A DNA stretch of 64,000 nt, taken from positions 77,977,351 through 78,041,350 of the forward strand of contig NC_068986.1 of assembly GCF_001194135.2 (NCBI RefSeq), read 5' to 3'. Positions 41,032-52,523 of the stretch are shown here, piece by piece; position 1 is the first letter of the stretch, and the number at the start of each line of letters is the position of its first letter. This DNA is from Octopus bimaculoides. Taxonomy: Eukaryota. The notes below the pieces were generated by a model. It was given only the letters and a program-made list of their open reading frames with translations, did not search any database and was not told where the DNA came from. Made by a program: the position numbers and the translations under genes.

Positions 41032-41433
41032 GTGTGTGTGTGTGTGTAAGTGTGTGTATGTGTGTGTATATATACAGTTATACACGTAATATGCAGATGT
41101 GTAGCTGTGTGACCAAACACTTATTTTTGGATTCTCATTTTTATAATGCTGGTAAAGTGAAAATAAAACTAATTAAAAATTTTTCATAGAGATATATGGC
41201 CAGACACTATAGGGTTTTTGCAATAATCTAAATATATCACTAAATTGAAGCCAATATTATAATAATTAAATAACCGATGTACAATTTGTAATGTCATGTA
41301 ACTAATTACTACAGTTAGGATATATGTCTTGCATGCATTGATGAATATGTGTCTATACACACACGCACGTACACAAACACACACACACACACACACACAT
41401 TTTATCTGAAATGTATAGTATTAAATATACATC

Positions 41434-41524
41434 ACAGTTAATCTTACCAATCAGTTTCACGGAAATACAGTGGAGTGTTTGGTAACAATCCAATTGTATA
41501 ACTTTACACTCATCAGAGTTAGCT
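41434..41524 (-). ncRNA. Type I hammerhead ribozyme motif, degenerate copy, sense to Cav3 pre-mRNA
   Basis: Minus strand reads CAGCTAACT CTGATGA GTGTAAAG...TATTTCCGT GAAA CTGATTG GTA AGATTAACTG. The core is intact; the 3' strand of stem II is eroded. Confidence 0.5.
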
Positions 41525-41739
41525 GATATGGAAGGGAATATGGCCCTTTTTTTTCCCTATCTTCTATGCCTAGTTTAAATGCTATAACTCTGGAATCCTG
41601 GTTAATACTATCCTATGCCTGTGGCATAGCCCTCCTGTATGTCTGTGTAATGCCATTTTTAAGGAGCTGTGTGTAAGTGTCACTACTTACTCTATATAAA
41701 TTCTTTGTCATATCGGAGGAGAATGGTTGCTTCCATACT

Positions 41740-41831
41740 GGCTAACCCTGATGAGCATAAAGTTATATAATCAGATTGTTACCTAACACTCCATAGTATT
41801 CTTTACACGAAACTGATTGGTAAGATTAGCG
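41740..41831 (+). ncRNA. Type I hammerhead ribozyme motif, degenerate copy, antisense to Cav3
   Basis: GCTAACC CTGATGA GCATAAAG...CTTTACAC GAAA CTGATTG GTA AGATTAGC. Stem II pairs 6/8; stem I GCTAA/TTAGC is intact. Confidence 0.6.
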
Positions 41832-42083
41832 GTGTGATGAATATTTAATACTATAAATTTTGGATAATATACCCACTCTACTGACAGATATGCAGGTGCA
41901 TCTTTTCCCTGACTTATGGTCTCTTAGACGACTCCTGTATATATNNNNNNNNNNNNNNNNNNNNNNNNNNNNNNNNNNNNNNNNNNNNNNNNNNNNNNNN
42001 NNNNNNNNNNNNNNNNNNNNNNNNNNNNNNNNNNNNNNNNNNNNNNNNNNNNNNNNNNNNNNNNNNNNNNNNNNNNNNNNNNN

Positions 42084-42117
<34 letters not shown>

Positions 42118-42371
42118 CACAAATACACGCACATACACATAAGTATATTTATATGTACGTACACATACAAACGCAAACACATACATACACTGACATGCTC
42201 AAATACATCTAAATATGGAAATATGAAGAAAATAAATTAATACTGAGTCATTACATATAATCTATGATCTGAATGGTTTTGAGCATGTTACTAAAATCTT
42301 TGAATTGTAAAGTAAGTACACACACACGCACATACATACATGCAGGCATACATGCATATATAAGTGTGTGA

Positions 42372-42417
<46 letters not shown>

Positions 42418-42728
42418 ATGTATGTGCATATGTAAGCATTTGTGTGTTTATGTGCTTTAACATATCAGAAGAACTATTTGTGTAGTTAAAAGTGAAGGTT
42501 ACACACACACGCACAAACACGCACACATACACACACACACACAAGATGAAATTGTTGCAAAAGCATTCTTTTTGGCTTAGATAACAATACTTGTTAACAG
42601 TAAGAACACCATTGCATTTTGTATACAAATATGTCTATGATATCCATACATATACATATTTGTATACAAAATGATACAAAGTATCTACAAATATTACACA
42701 CACACACATATCCATATGTATATATATA

Positions 42729-42782
<54 letters not shown>

Positions 42783-44835
42783 GATGAAACTGCTTAAAAC
42801 TGTCAATGGAGGAAGTTGGAGTATTATTCATCCTGAAGGTATATAAATGAAATCAAACAAATGCAAGAATAAAAATGTAAGTAAAACATTCCTTTCTTTC
42901 TTACTGTCTTCCTCAATAAACTAATTCTCAATAACAAATAAATAAATGAACATTTTCAAGAAAGATTTCATTATTTATTTTTCCTGCTAGGAGCTTATCT
43001 TTGCAGATAATACCCCAAGATGTAAGATAGAATCACTAAAACTAGATGGCTTTGCTGGCCAAATAGAGAATGCTACAGAAAGGAAATGAAAGTAGCTTTG
43101 TGCCAAACATTTACAAAACAAATAAGAAAACACTTTGTGTCTCAAAACTGAATTATTAGAAATCATAATTCAGGATCTTTTCCAAAAGTGGTAAAATAAT
43201 CTTTCATAGAAGCTAGTTGATTTCTAAATTTAAAAAGAAATCTTTGCTGTGTTTGTCATATGAAATGATTTTAAAGAAGAGATTTCATATTACTAACTTG
43301 AATAAAAAATATATATCAGTTTAAAAATGGTTATTTTCTTCCTTTTGCATTTGTTATCTATTAATGCACATGTGTGTATGTGTGAGCATGTGAGATTAAG
43401 CATGTGTGTATGAACATGTGACTGTGAGATTGTATGTGCAAGTATATGTGTGCATATATGTTTATATGTTTGTAAACATGTATGGATATGTCTATGTGTG
43501 TGTGTGTGTGTGTGTGCATACATGTGAGAATATGGGTACACTAGCTTGTGTGTGTGAACATATAGTACAGCATGTGTGTGGGATTGCATTTGTTGTACAT
43601 GTGCATGTGCGTTTGAACACGTGTGTGTGAGACCATGTGCAAAAGAAAGCATGTATGTAGAATTTTCTGAATTTGTGTTTGTGAACATAAGTGCACATGC
43701 ATGTATGTGTATGTATATGTGTGAATTCATGTGTGTATGTTTATGTTGTTTTTCTTCTATTAGTATGTGTTTCTGCATAAGTGTTGGTATGTGTATAACA
43801 TGTGAGTCTGTTTGCCTGAATATCAGCCTGTCACTTTGTCTGTTCATGTTAGTGTGTGTATGTGATTGGATGTGTCCATGCATATATATATATATGTGTG
43901 TGTGTGTATATACTATGTAAAGATGATGGAAAATATTAACTAAAATATTTTGAAAATCATTTAAAAGAAAATAGTCACTGTCCTCCAATAAGATGTAATA
44001 CAAAATATAACAGTTTGCAAACATGATGAAAAGATAAAAAAAGACGTGAATACTTGTTATAATAGTAAAACATTAATTTACATTGATACCTCTCCATGGA
44101 CTTACAAAGAGTTGTTGGGGAGGGTACTTTATATATACACTTAAATATATACAAAATTAGATAAGAAAATAATGAGAATGATGACAATAATTGTGGTGAC
44201 GATGGTAATGATGATGATGATGATTAGGAGGAGGAAGCCCTATAAAAAATTACAGAAACAAAAGAAACATTAGAAATTGTAAAACAACAGAAATACTAAT
44301 GGTTTCCTTATTCCTCAAGCTAAGTGTATCAGCTTATGTGATATAGCAGACAAAACATTCTTCTTATAACACTTATAACACTTAACTACTAAATGGCAGA
44401 GACTCTAAGTGGATTGCTAGGTTTACTAGAAATAGCAGCCAAATCTCATTCCATCCATACCCTACCTATCAAGTATGTTGAGTAGGTGTGGATCGAGAGA
44501 GATTTCAGCTGATGTTTTTGTGCAGATGCCAGTTCAATGTACTGGCATACTTCAACTTCCAGCAATTCAAGTTACATATTTTTTAACTTTATGTCAGTTT
44601 TTTTTTTAAAAAGAAATGGATGGAAAATAAAAATAAAAACTAAACCTTAACTTCAGTTGATTTATCCAACTTTATTTCTGTCTCAGCAAACATTTAAAAG
44701 CATTAAAAACAAATGAAAAGAAAACCCCAAAAAGTGAATACTGAAGTGGAAAATCAAACCAAATACATGTGAAAATATGTACAAACTATTTATTAAAACA
44801 TTTTTCCTACATTAATTTGTATAAATATATGCATA

Positions 44836-45276
44836 GGCACAGGCTTGGCTGTGTGATAAGAAACTTGATTCCCAACCACAAATTTGGGGATTCAGTCCCA
44901 CTGCTTGGCACGTTGGGCAAGTGTCTTCTATTATAGTCTTGGGATAACCAAAGCCTTGTGAGTAGATTTGGTAGATGGAAAATGAAAGAAACCGGTTGTA
45001 TATATGTATATATGTATATATCTATATGTGTGTGTCTTTATGGCTGTATTTGCACCCCGCACCACCACCACTACATCGCTTGACAACTGGTGCTGGTGTG
45101 TTTATAACCCCATAACTTAGTGGTTCAGCAAAAAGAGGCCAATAAAATAAGTGCCAGGCTTTTAAAAAACATAAGTCCTGGGGTCGATATATTTGACTAA
45201 AAATTCCCCAAGATGGTGCCCCAGCATGGCCGCAGTCTAATGACTGAAACAAGTGAAAGATAAAAGATAAAAGATA
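44836..45276 (+). mobile_element. Family A SINE
   Basis: Colinear with 56858-57267. Confidence 0.85.
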
Positions 45277-45731
45277 TTGCTGGTATAGCTGGGTGCAGGT
45301 ATGACAGTGTGGCTAAAATGTTTGTTTTGCAACTCATGTGGTTTTGAATTCACTATGAGGCACCTTGTCCATGTGTCTTTTACTCTTAGCTCTGGACTAA
45401 CCTAAGCCTTGTTAGTGAATTTAGTGGATTGAAATTGAAAAGAAGCTTGCTTTCATTGTACACTTCTTTGATTGTTATTTTCACTATTCATATTTCTACA
45501 CATTTTTCAGGGATGTGAGTTTGCTTATCTGACTCTGAGTATTACTTGCTTGTTTGTCTTCTCTTTGTCTCATAATCTTACTTATGATATTTATGAGAAT
45601 TGATCTAGTTACCTGTTTCACTGTCTATTTGTTGGTCTATGTACATTACATATAAGGTTATATTACCTATGTTTAACCATGGGCATATTATGCTCATAAA
45701 TTATAGGTAAAGACAAGGATAAACATGAATT

Positions 45732-45766
<35 letters not shown>

Positions 45767-45958
45767 TAAAAATCATATCATTGACAATACCATACAACAT
45801 TGGAAGCAGAAACAGTTGTTAGATGGGATCCAGTCTATTTGTATTGAATTAATGAATAATAATTAACGTAAGTCAGTTGTTGTTCACAAATATTTCTCCA
45901 TTTTCTATTTTATATATATATATAAATATACACATACACACATATGTATATACATATA

Positions 45959-46510
45959 CAGGGGTTGGACAAAATAATGGGAACACCTAGCATCATAGCA
46001 TCATAATTCTGAAATATCTATAAAACTATCAAAAGCTTGTTTATTTTTATGTTTTTGATTTATTATTAGTGTTGCTTAATATGTCATTTATCTCATCAAA
46101 TTTATCCTATGGTTGCGGAACTGTTTCCAGAGGGAAATGCAGTCTTTCAAGATTATAATGCACCAATTTACACATCTAAATTTGTTACTGAATGGCATGA
46201 GGAACATTCTAGTGAAGTTGAACATCTTATCTGGCCACCACAGTCCCCAGATCTCAATATTATGGAACATTTATGGTGCATTATAGAAAAACAAGTAAGG
46301 AGTCGATATCCTCCACCATCATCACATAAGAAATGGAGACTGTTTTAGCTGGAGAATGGACAAAAATTCCTTTGGATATAATTCAAACTTTGTACGAGTC
46401 TATACCTTGTAGAATTAAAGCTGTAATTACTGCCAAAGGTGCTCCTACCCCATATTAAACTAAATTTGTTTGAAATTTTAAGGTGTTTCTATTATTTTGT
46501 CCAACCCCTT
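45959..46510 (+). mobile_element. Internally deleted Tc1-like DNA transposon with both TIRs and a C-terminal transposase relic
   Basis: TA-CAGGGGTTGGACAAAATAATGGGAACACCT ... AGGTGTTTCTATTATTTTGTCCAACCCCT-TA. The relic reads FQDYNAPIYTSKFVTEWHEEHSSEVEHLIWPPQSPDLNIMEHLW, then after a frameshift EWTKIPLDIIQTLYESIPCRIKAVITAKGAPTPY*. Confidence 0.92.
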
Positions 46511-46520
46511 TATATATACA

Positions 46521-46666
46521 TATAATTGTTAAAGAGAACAACAAACATTAAGGCAAGGCAAACATCTTAAGTTGTATACAGTATTATTATTGGAAAAAAA
46601 AATTCCAGTTATAATAATGAGATGTTTGCCTTGCCTTAATGTTTGTTGTTCTCTTTAACAATTATA
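46521..46666. repeat. Perfect 47 bp inverted repeat with a structured 52 nt spacer
   Basis: TATAATTGTTAAAGAGAACAACAAACATTAAGGCAAGGCAAACATCT (46521-46567) and its exact reverse complement (46620-46666). The spacer has attattat-tggaa / ttcca-ataataat pairing. Confidence 0.95.
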
Positions 46667-46829
46667 TATCCACTGAATTGGAAATCTGCAATGGCTTCAT
46701 AACTACTGTCTCAGCTATAACCTTGGAGCTCTGGTAATTCGTTACAGTACTTGCCTAACATACCTAATCATTTAGATCACCTGTGAACTTAACCCCCATA
46801 CTATGGATATATGCACATATATATATATA

Positions 46830-47212
46830 TGATGGGCTTCTTTCAGTTTCATCATCGTTTAACGTCCGCTTCCCATGCTAGCATGGGTTGGACGATTTGA
46901 CTGAGGACTGGTGAACCAGATGGCTACACCAGGCTCCAGTCTGATTTGGCAGAGTTTCTACAGCTGGATGTCCTTCCTAACGGCAACCACTCCGAGAGTG
47001 TAGTGGGTATTTTTACGTGTCACCGGCCTGAAGCCCAGTCAGGAGGTACTGGCAACGGCCACGCTCGAAATGGTGTATTCCTTCTATCATATCCACTCAC
47101 GAGGCTTTGGTTGGTTCAAGGTTATAATAGAAGACACTTCTCCAAGGTGCAACAGAGTAAAACTGGACCCAGAACCGTGTGGTTGAGAAGCAAACTTCTT
47201 ACCACACACAGT
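46830..47212 (-). mobile_element. tRNA-SINE copy interrupted by a younger RTE-tail insertion (about 46850-47080)
   Basis: SINE sequence gggcttctttcagtttc breaks into atcatcgtttaacg... and resumes at cttctatcatatccactcac. Confidence 0.7.
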
Positions 47213-47413
47213 ACCTGTATTTTATTTGATTGTGTCAGTGAATGGAATGGAATTGAAGCATATTTTTCAGTGGTATTCTTAGAATATAATAAAGATCTAC
47301 ATTTAAAGGCAAAAATAATAAAGAAAATCGTGATGAGACAAACAAAATGAAAATGAAAAGAGAGAGTAATTTTGTGAAAGAAAAATATAGATATGAAAGA
47401 GTAAAGTACTTAC

Positions 47414-47585
47414 GATGGAACCGATATATTTGCACTGAGGTTTAAGAAACAACGATTTCGGAGCACACCAGCCCATAACTGTACACCAATTATTCCAAAA
47501 ATAAAAAATACAAAAAAACAAAGCAGAAGTACATTTCCCAACATGGGGAGTGTGTCGAGCAACAGCATTACCAATATCCGCATAC
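47414..47585 (-). CDS. CACNA1G/H/I (Cav3): T-type calcium channel Cav3 alpha-1 exon: domain I S4-S5 linker, S5 and start of extracellular turret
   Basis: Missed by the ORF track. Minus strand reads tttctttgctttccag|GT ATG CGG ATA ... GTT CCA TC|gtaagtac. 172 nt, phase 1 in and phase 2 out. Translates as (S)[56 protein letters not shown](S), nearly identical to the Cav3 motif [46 protein letters not shown]. Confidence 0.97.
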
Positions 47586-47849
47586 CTGGAAAGCAAAGAA
47601 AAAAAGAAGAAAAAAAGAAAATAAATATGTGTAGTGGAACGTAGAGAAAACGTTTATACTAAATGCTTTGTTATTGTAATATTTTTTTAATTTTTCTTAA
47701 TTCAACATGCAAGTATGTACATTTAGATAATAACATGAGTGTTTATATTGACATAGCAAGCACATTTTTTCAGATGAAATTGTACATTTTAAAACGATAT
47801 TTTATATATATTCACATGAATACATATTACATATATATGTTTATATATA

Positions 47850-47890
<41 letters not shown>

Positions 47891-48254
47891 TGTGTATATN
47901 NNNNNNNNNNNNNNNNNNNNNNNNNNNNNNNNNNNNNNNNNNNNNNNNNNNNNNNNNNNNNNNNNNNNNNNNNNNNNNNNNNNNNNNNNNNNNNNNNNNN
48001 NNNNNNNNNNNNNNNNNNNNNNNNNNNNNNNNNNNNNNNNNNNNNNNNNNNNNNNNNNNNNNNNNNNNNNNNNNNNNNNNNNNNNNNNNNNNNNNNNNNN
48101 NNNNNNNNNNNNNNNNNNNNNNNNNNNNNNNNNNNNNNNNNNNNNNNNNNNNNNNNNNNNNNNNNNNNNNNNNNNNNNNNNNNNNNNNNNNNNNNNNNNN
48201 NNNNNNNNNNNNNNNNNNNNNNNNNNNNNNNNNNNNNNNNNNNNNNNNNNNNNN

Positions 48255-48285
<31 letters not shown>

Positions 48286-48737
48286 GTATGTATGTATGTA
48301 TTTGCGCATATGTGTGTCTGTGTGTATACTTATGTATGTATAGATTCAAAATAATATACTTACACATGAGTAATAAGTATGTATTTTGTTTCTCTCATCA
48401 TAATTATGTGTAATCAGGAATGAATAAGTGTGTATATATGTGAGAGAGTGTGTGTATTTGCTGTACAGCTTTCGCAGATATATAACAATTAGTGTATGCA
48501 TACTTAAGACTTATAGTAAATATGGTTTTGACACACAAAGAGCAACATGTATCAGTGTGTACATTTAGATATAACAAGAATATCTGAATATTATTTTAAT
48601 ATCACAATAACTATATTCTTGTTGTACTATATAAAATAACTAACATAAATAATCACATATACACATACACATGCACACACACACACATTGTTTGATATCA
48701 CACATGTATTTATGAAGATTTATAAGAAAAGTGTATA

Positions 48738-48786
<49 letters not shown>

Positions 48787-50229
48787 GTGTGCGTGAGTGA
48801 GTGTGTGTGTGTGCATGTGCATATATATATATATATATTTATTTATATATATATGTATGCATTTATAGACATATATTATTGGTACATGCATTTATGTAGA
48901 TTGATAATAAAAGTACACACATATACATATATGTGCACATATACATACATAAATGCACAGACAGACACACATACACATGCATTGTTGGATACAATGTATA
49001 TTTTTATTTAAATTTATAACAATAGTATTTCTATAACCTCATAAAACATATTGAAAATGAATAAGGAAAAACACAAATAGTTACTTAAAAATGAAGCTAT
49101 ATATGTCCATATAATCGCATACAATGGTAATATGTAATTCTAATGCAAAATAAAATAGGCTATACAAAGAACAATGTTAGTAAAAACACATTAAGGTTAT
49201 ACACACACACACATATTTATGTATATATATATAAAAAGTTATGCTTCTTAGATATCTAAATCTCTCTATATGTACAAAAATAAATATATCACTGATCTCC
49301 CTATCTTTATAAATGCTGTGTATTTATATAATAAAAAAACATAAGCATAGTAATAATAATAATAATAATCTTTTCTGTTATAGGCACAAGGCCTGAAATT
49401 TGGAGGAAGGAGGATAGTCGAGTACATTGAGCCCAGTGTTGAACTAGTACTTAATTTATCAATCACAAATGGCAAAGTTGACTTTGGCAGAATTTGTACT
49501 CAGAATGTGAAGATGGTTGAAATACTGCTAAGCATCTTACCTGGCATGTAAATGCTTTTGTCAACTTGCCGCTTTGATGATGATGATGATGATGATGAGG
49601 AGGATGATGAGGATGATTATGGTAATAATAATAATGCCCTGATGCAGTACTAAGCAGTGGCTCCCATGGCGTCTGATCTTAACTGATTGGAAGTGTTATT
49701 ATGTACATTGTTTTGTCTTGGTATAAAAAGATGTGCTACAGAAAATATTCTGCTCAATACCACAGATTTGCTTGTCAATTTTTTACCCTAACCAGTTGAG
49801 CATGTCCCTTATTGGCTGATGATATGTGCATCTCTGATCACGAGCAGTAGTAGTGGGGATGCATCATAGCCATGTGTTGAGAGGAATTGTTTCGAGTTTG
49901 GATAATTCACCTCTGGAAACATGAGTGTTTTGTTCATCATCCTTAAACAACCCTCATTTTGAGTGGTATGGGCTACTCGACCTGGGCCCCACCTACAAGG
50001 TCATGTGCCGTTTATCATGATATGAGATCACCATGTTGTGTACATATGGTTGTGATGCATGTGCCTGGTGTACCCTTATTAGATGGGTCGTCATGATGAG
50101 TATAATGGGCTTCATATATTTTACCCCAGTGTCACTTTGATGGCATGCACAGTTTGTGACAGACCATGCATTTCTTTTGCTGGGTTCAGATTTCATTTGC
50201 AGACCCCTGTAAAACGAACCTCCAACAGC

Positions 50230-50440
50230 TACTCTGCCTATATATCTGTGCACACCTTTCAATACCGTGTATGCCATAAGGTCTGCAAATCTAACGGAGG
50301 CCTCAAAAGACATTTTAAGATCCACACAGATCAGAACTTAACTGCAGCTCTTGGTGGCGCAAATCAGAAATGCAATCTATGTGGGTGCCTTTTCAATACA
50401 TTGGTTTAAAAAAACCACATCAGATGCCATGATAGATCTA
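50230..50440 (+). mobile_element. LINE (RTE-type) C-terminal relic with two degenerate C2H2-like fingers
   Basis: FQYRVCHKVCKSNGGLKRHFKIH ... KCNLCGCLFNTLV, then after a frameshift KNHIRCH. Confidence 0.55.
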
Positions 50441-50514
50441 AAGCGTAAGTACAAGAGGTGGTCAGACTCTGCATAAGGAGTAAACAAGCACCATATATAT
50501 ATATATATATATAT

Positions 50515-50800
50515 ATAGTTGGAATTTACAAAAAACAAACAAAACAAAAGGCGAAGACGGGTGTGAAACCAACAAACAAATGTATTAGTTTAATGCTTGG
50601 GAAGTGAGAAAGTCTTTTATGTTTCGAGCCTACACTCTTCAACAGAAAGGAACACAAATAAACAGAGAGAAAAAATAAAAACGATTTAGTGGGTAGCGAC
50701 CAATCATGCCGAATGTTGGACAGAGGTGGTCAGACAGGAGAGCTAGGAGGAAGGGGCGATAATAAAGTAGTGGTGATCCCAAAACGAAGGTGTGTGTGCA
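50515..50800 (-). mobile_element. Penelope-like pLTR fragment with minimal hammerhead-like fold (50613-50648)
   Basis: Minus strand reads CCTTT CTGTTGAA GAGT GTAG GCTC GAAAC ATA AAAGA. Similar non-simple sequence continues upstream. Confidence 0.55.
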
Positions 50801-51545
50801 TGTGTATGTGAGAGCATGTATGTGAGTGTGGATAGGGGCTGGTGACCTTGACGTGTGCATGTGTGCATGTCTAGGTGTGTGGATGATGGTGTGGGTGCTG
50901 GGAAGTGGTCAGTGCTAGTGTGCATGGGGTGGTGTGATGTGGAGTGGTGTGGTGTGGTGGTCTGATGTGATGGGTGTGGTGATGGGTAGAGTGGGTGTGT
51001 ATGGGGTGGTGGTGTTGGGGTGTGGGGAGACAAGTATATAGGTATATATATGTATTTATATATATATATATGTCTGTATGTAGGTATATATATATGTGTA
51101 TGTATACATATACATACACACACACACACACACACACACATATGTATGTATATATATAAACATATATTAAGACTGAATATGTTTATCATTGTTTTGATTT
51201 TCATTATTCTGTGTGATGGCCTGGTGATTTATCATTATCCTTTTAATGTTCACATTTCCATGCTTGCATGAATCAGACAGAGTTTATTGAGGCAGATTTC
51301 TATGGCTCAATGCCTTTACTGTCACCAACCCTCACCTGATTCCAAGCAAGGTAATATTTCCTCATAGGCAAACATGTTTTTGCAGAATATTGGAAGTAAA
51401 TGATGCTGGTTGTATGATAATGATGCTTATTTACATGATATGTCAAGACAAGGAGACAAAAACATACACACACTCACATCCACATATACATATATACACA
51501 CAATATGTAGATATATACAAATACATATATGTATATTTTTAATAA

Positions 51546-51580
<35 letters not shown>

Positions 51581-51589
51581 CATATATCA

Positions 51590-51972
51590 ATATCGTTGTG
51601 GCACTCAGTCAGTAATGACGATGAGGATTCTAGTTGATCCGATCAACGGAACAGCCTGCTCGTGAAATTAATGTGTAAGTGACTGAGTACACCACAAACA
51701 TGTGTACCCTTAATGTAGTTCTCAGGGAGATTCAACGTGACACAGTGTGTGACAAGGCTGGCTCTTTGAAATACAGGTACAACAGAAACAGGAAGTAAGA
51801 GTGAGAGAAAGTTGTGGTGAAAGAGTACAGCAGAGCTGCCCCCCCCCTACCGAAGTCACGTGGAGCTTTAGGTGTTTTTGCTCAATAAATTCTCACAACG
51901 CCCGGTCTGGAATCAAAACCGCAATCCCACAACCGGGCGTCCACTGCCCTAATCATTGGACAATTGCACCTT
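51590..51972 (-). mobile_element. SINE family C relative
   Basis: gatcaacggaacagcctgctcgtgaaatt...acaaggctggctctttgaaatacaggtac matches 3940-4080. Confidence 0.72.
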
Positions 51973-52000
51973 CACATACATCAATATATATATATATATC

Positions 52001-52523
52001 ATCATCATCATCATCATCATCATCGTTTAACGTCCGCTTTCCATGCTAGCATGGGTTGGACGACTTGACTGAGGACTGGTGAAACCGGATGGCAACACCA
52101 GGCTCCAATCTAAATTTGGCAGAGTTTCTACATCTGGATGCCCTTCCTAATGCCAACCACTCAGAGAGTGTAGTAGGTGCTTTTACGTGCCACCTGCACG
52201 AAGGCCAGTCACGCGGTACTGGCAATGGCCATGCTCAAAATGGTGCATCGTATGTGCCACCCGCACAAGAACCAGTCCAGGGGCACTGGCAACGATCTTA
52301 CTTGGCTTGCTGGGTCTTCTCACGCACAGCACATTTCCAAAGGTCTCGGTCAGTAGTCATCGCCTCGGTGAGGCCCAATGTATGAAGGTCTTGCCTCACC
52401 ACTTCAGCCCAGGTCTTCCTGGGCCTACCTCTTCCACGGGTTCCCTCAACTGTTAGGGTGTGGCACTTTTTCACGCAGCTATCCTCATCCATTCTCACCA
52501 CATGTCCATACCAGCGCAATTGA
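52001..52523 (-). mobile_element. 3' end of RTE LINE with (GAT)n tail
   Basis: LRWYGHVVRMDEDSCVKKCHTLTVEGTRGRGRPRKTWAEVVRQDL is the typical RTE ORF C-terminus, followed by the family 3' UTR and the tail. Confidence 0.88.

Larger units (their letters stand above)
41414..41855. mobile_element. Inverted pair of about 120 bp hammerhead-ribozyme-containing repeats (Penelope pLTR or retrozyme-like)
   Basis: Arms 41414-41534 and 41730-41855 are reverse complements at roughly 80-85% identity by eye, with a 195 nt spacer. Each arm has CTGATGA...GAAAC TGATTG GTA AGATTA. Confidence 0.75.
12538..47413 (-). other. 34,876 nt GT-AG intron of Cav3 (phase 2)
   Basis: Bounded by the donor at 47412-47413 and the acceptor at 12538-12539. 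The spliced frame is continuous. Confidence 0.9.
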
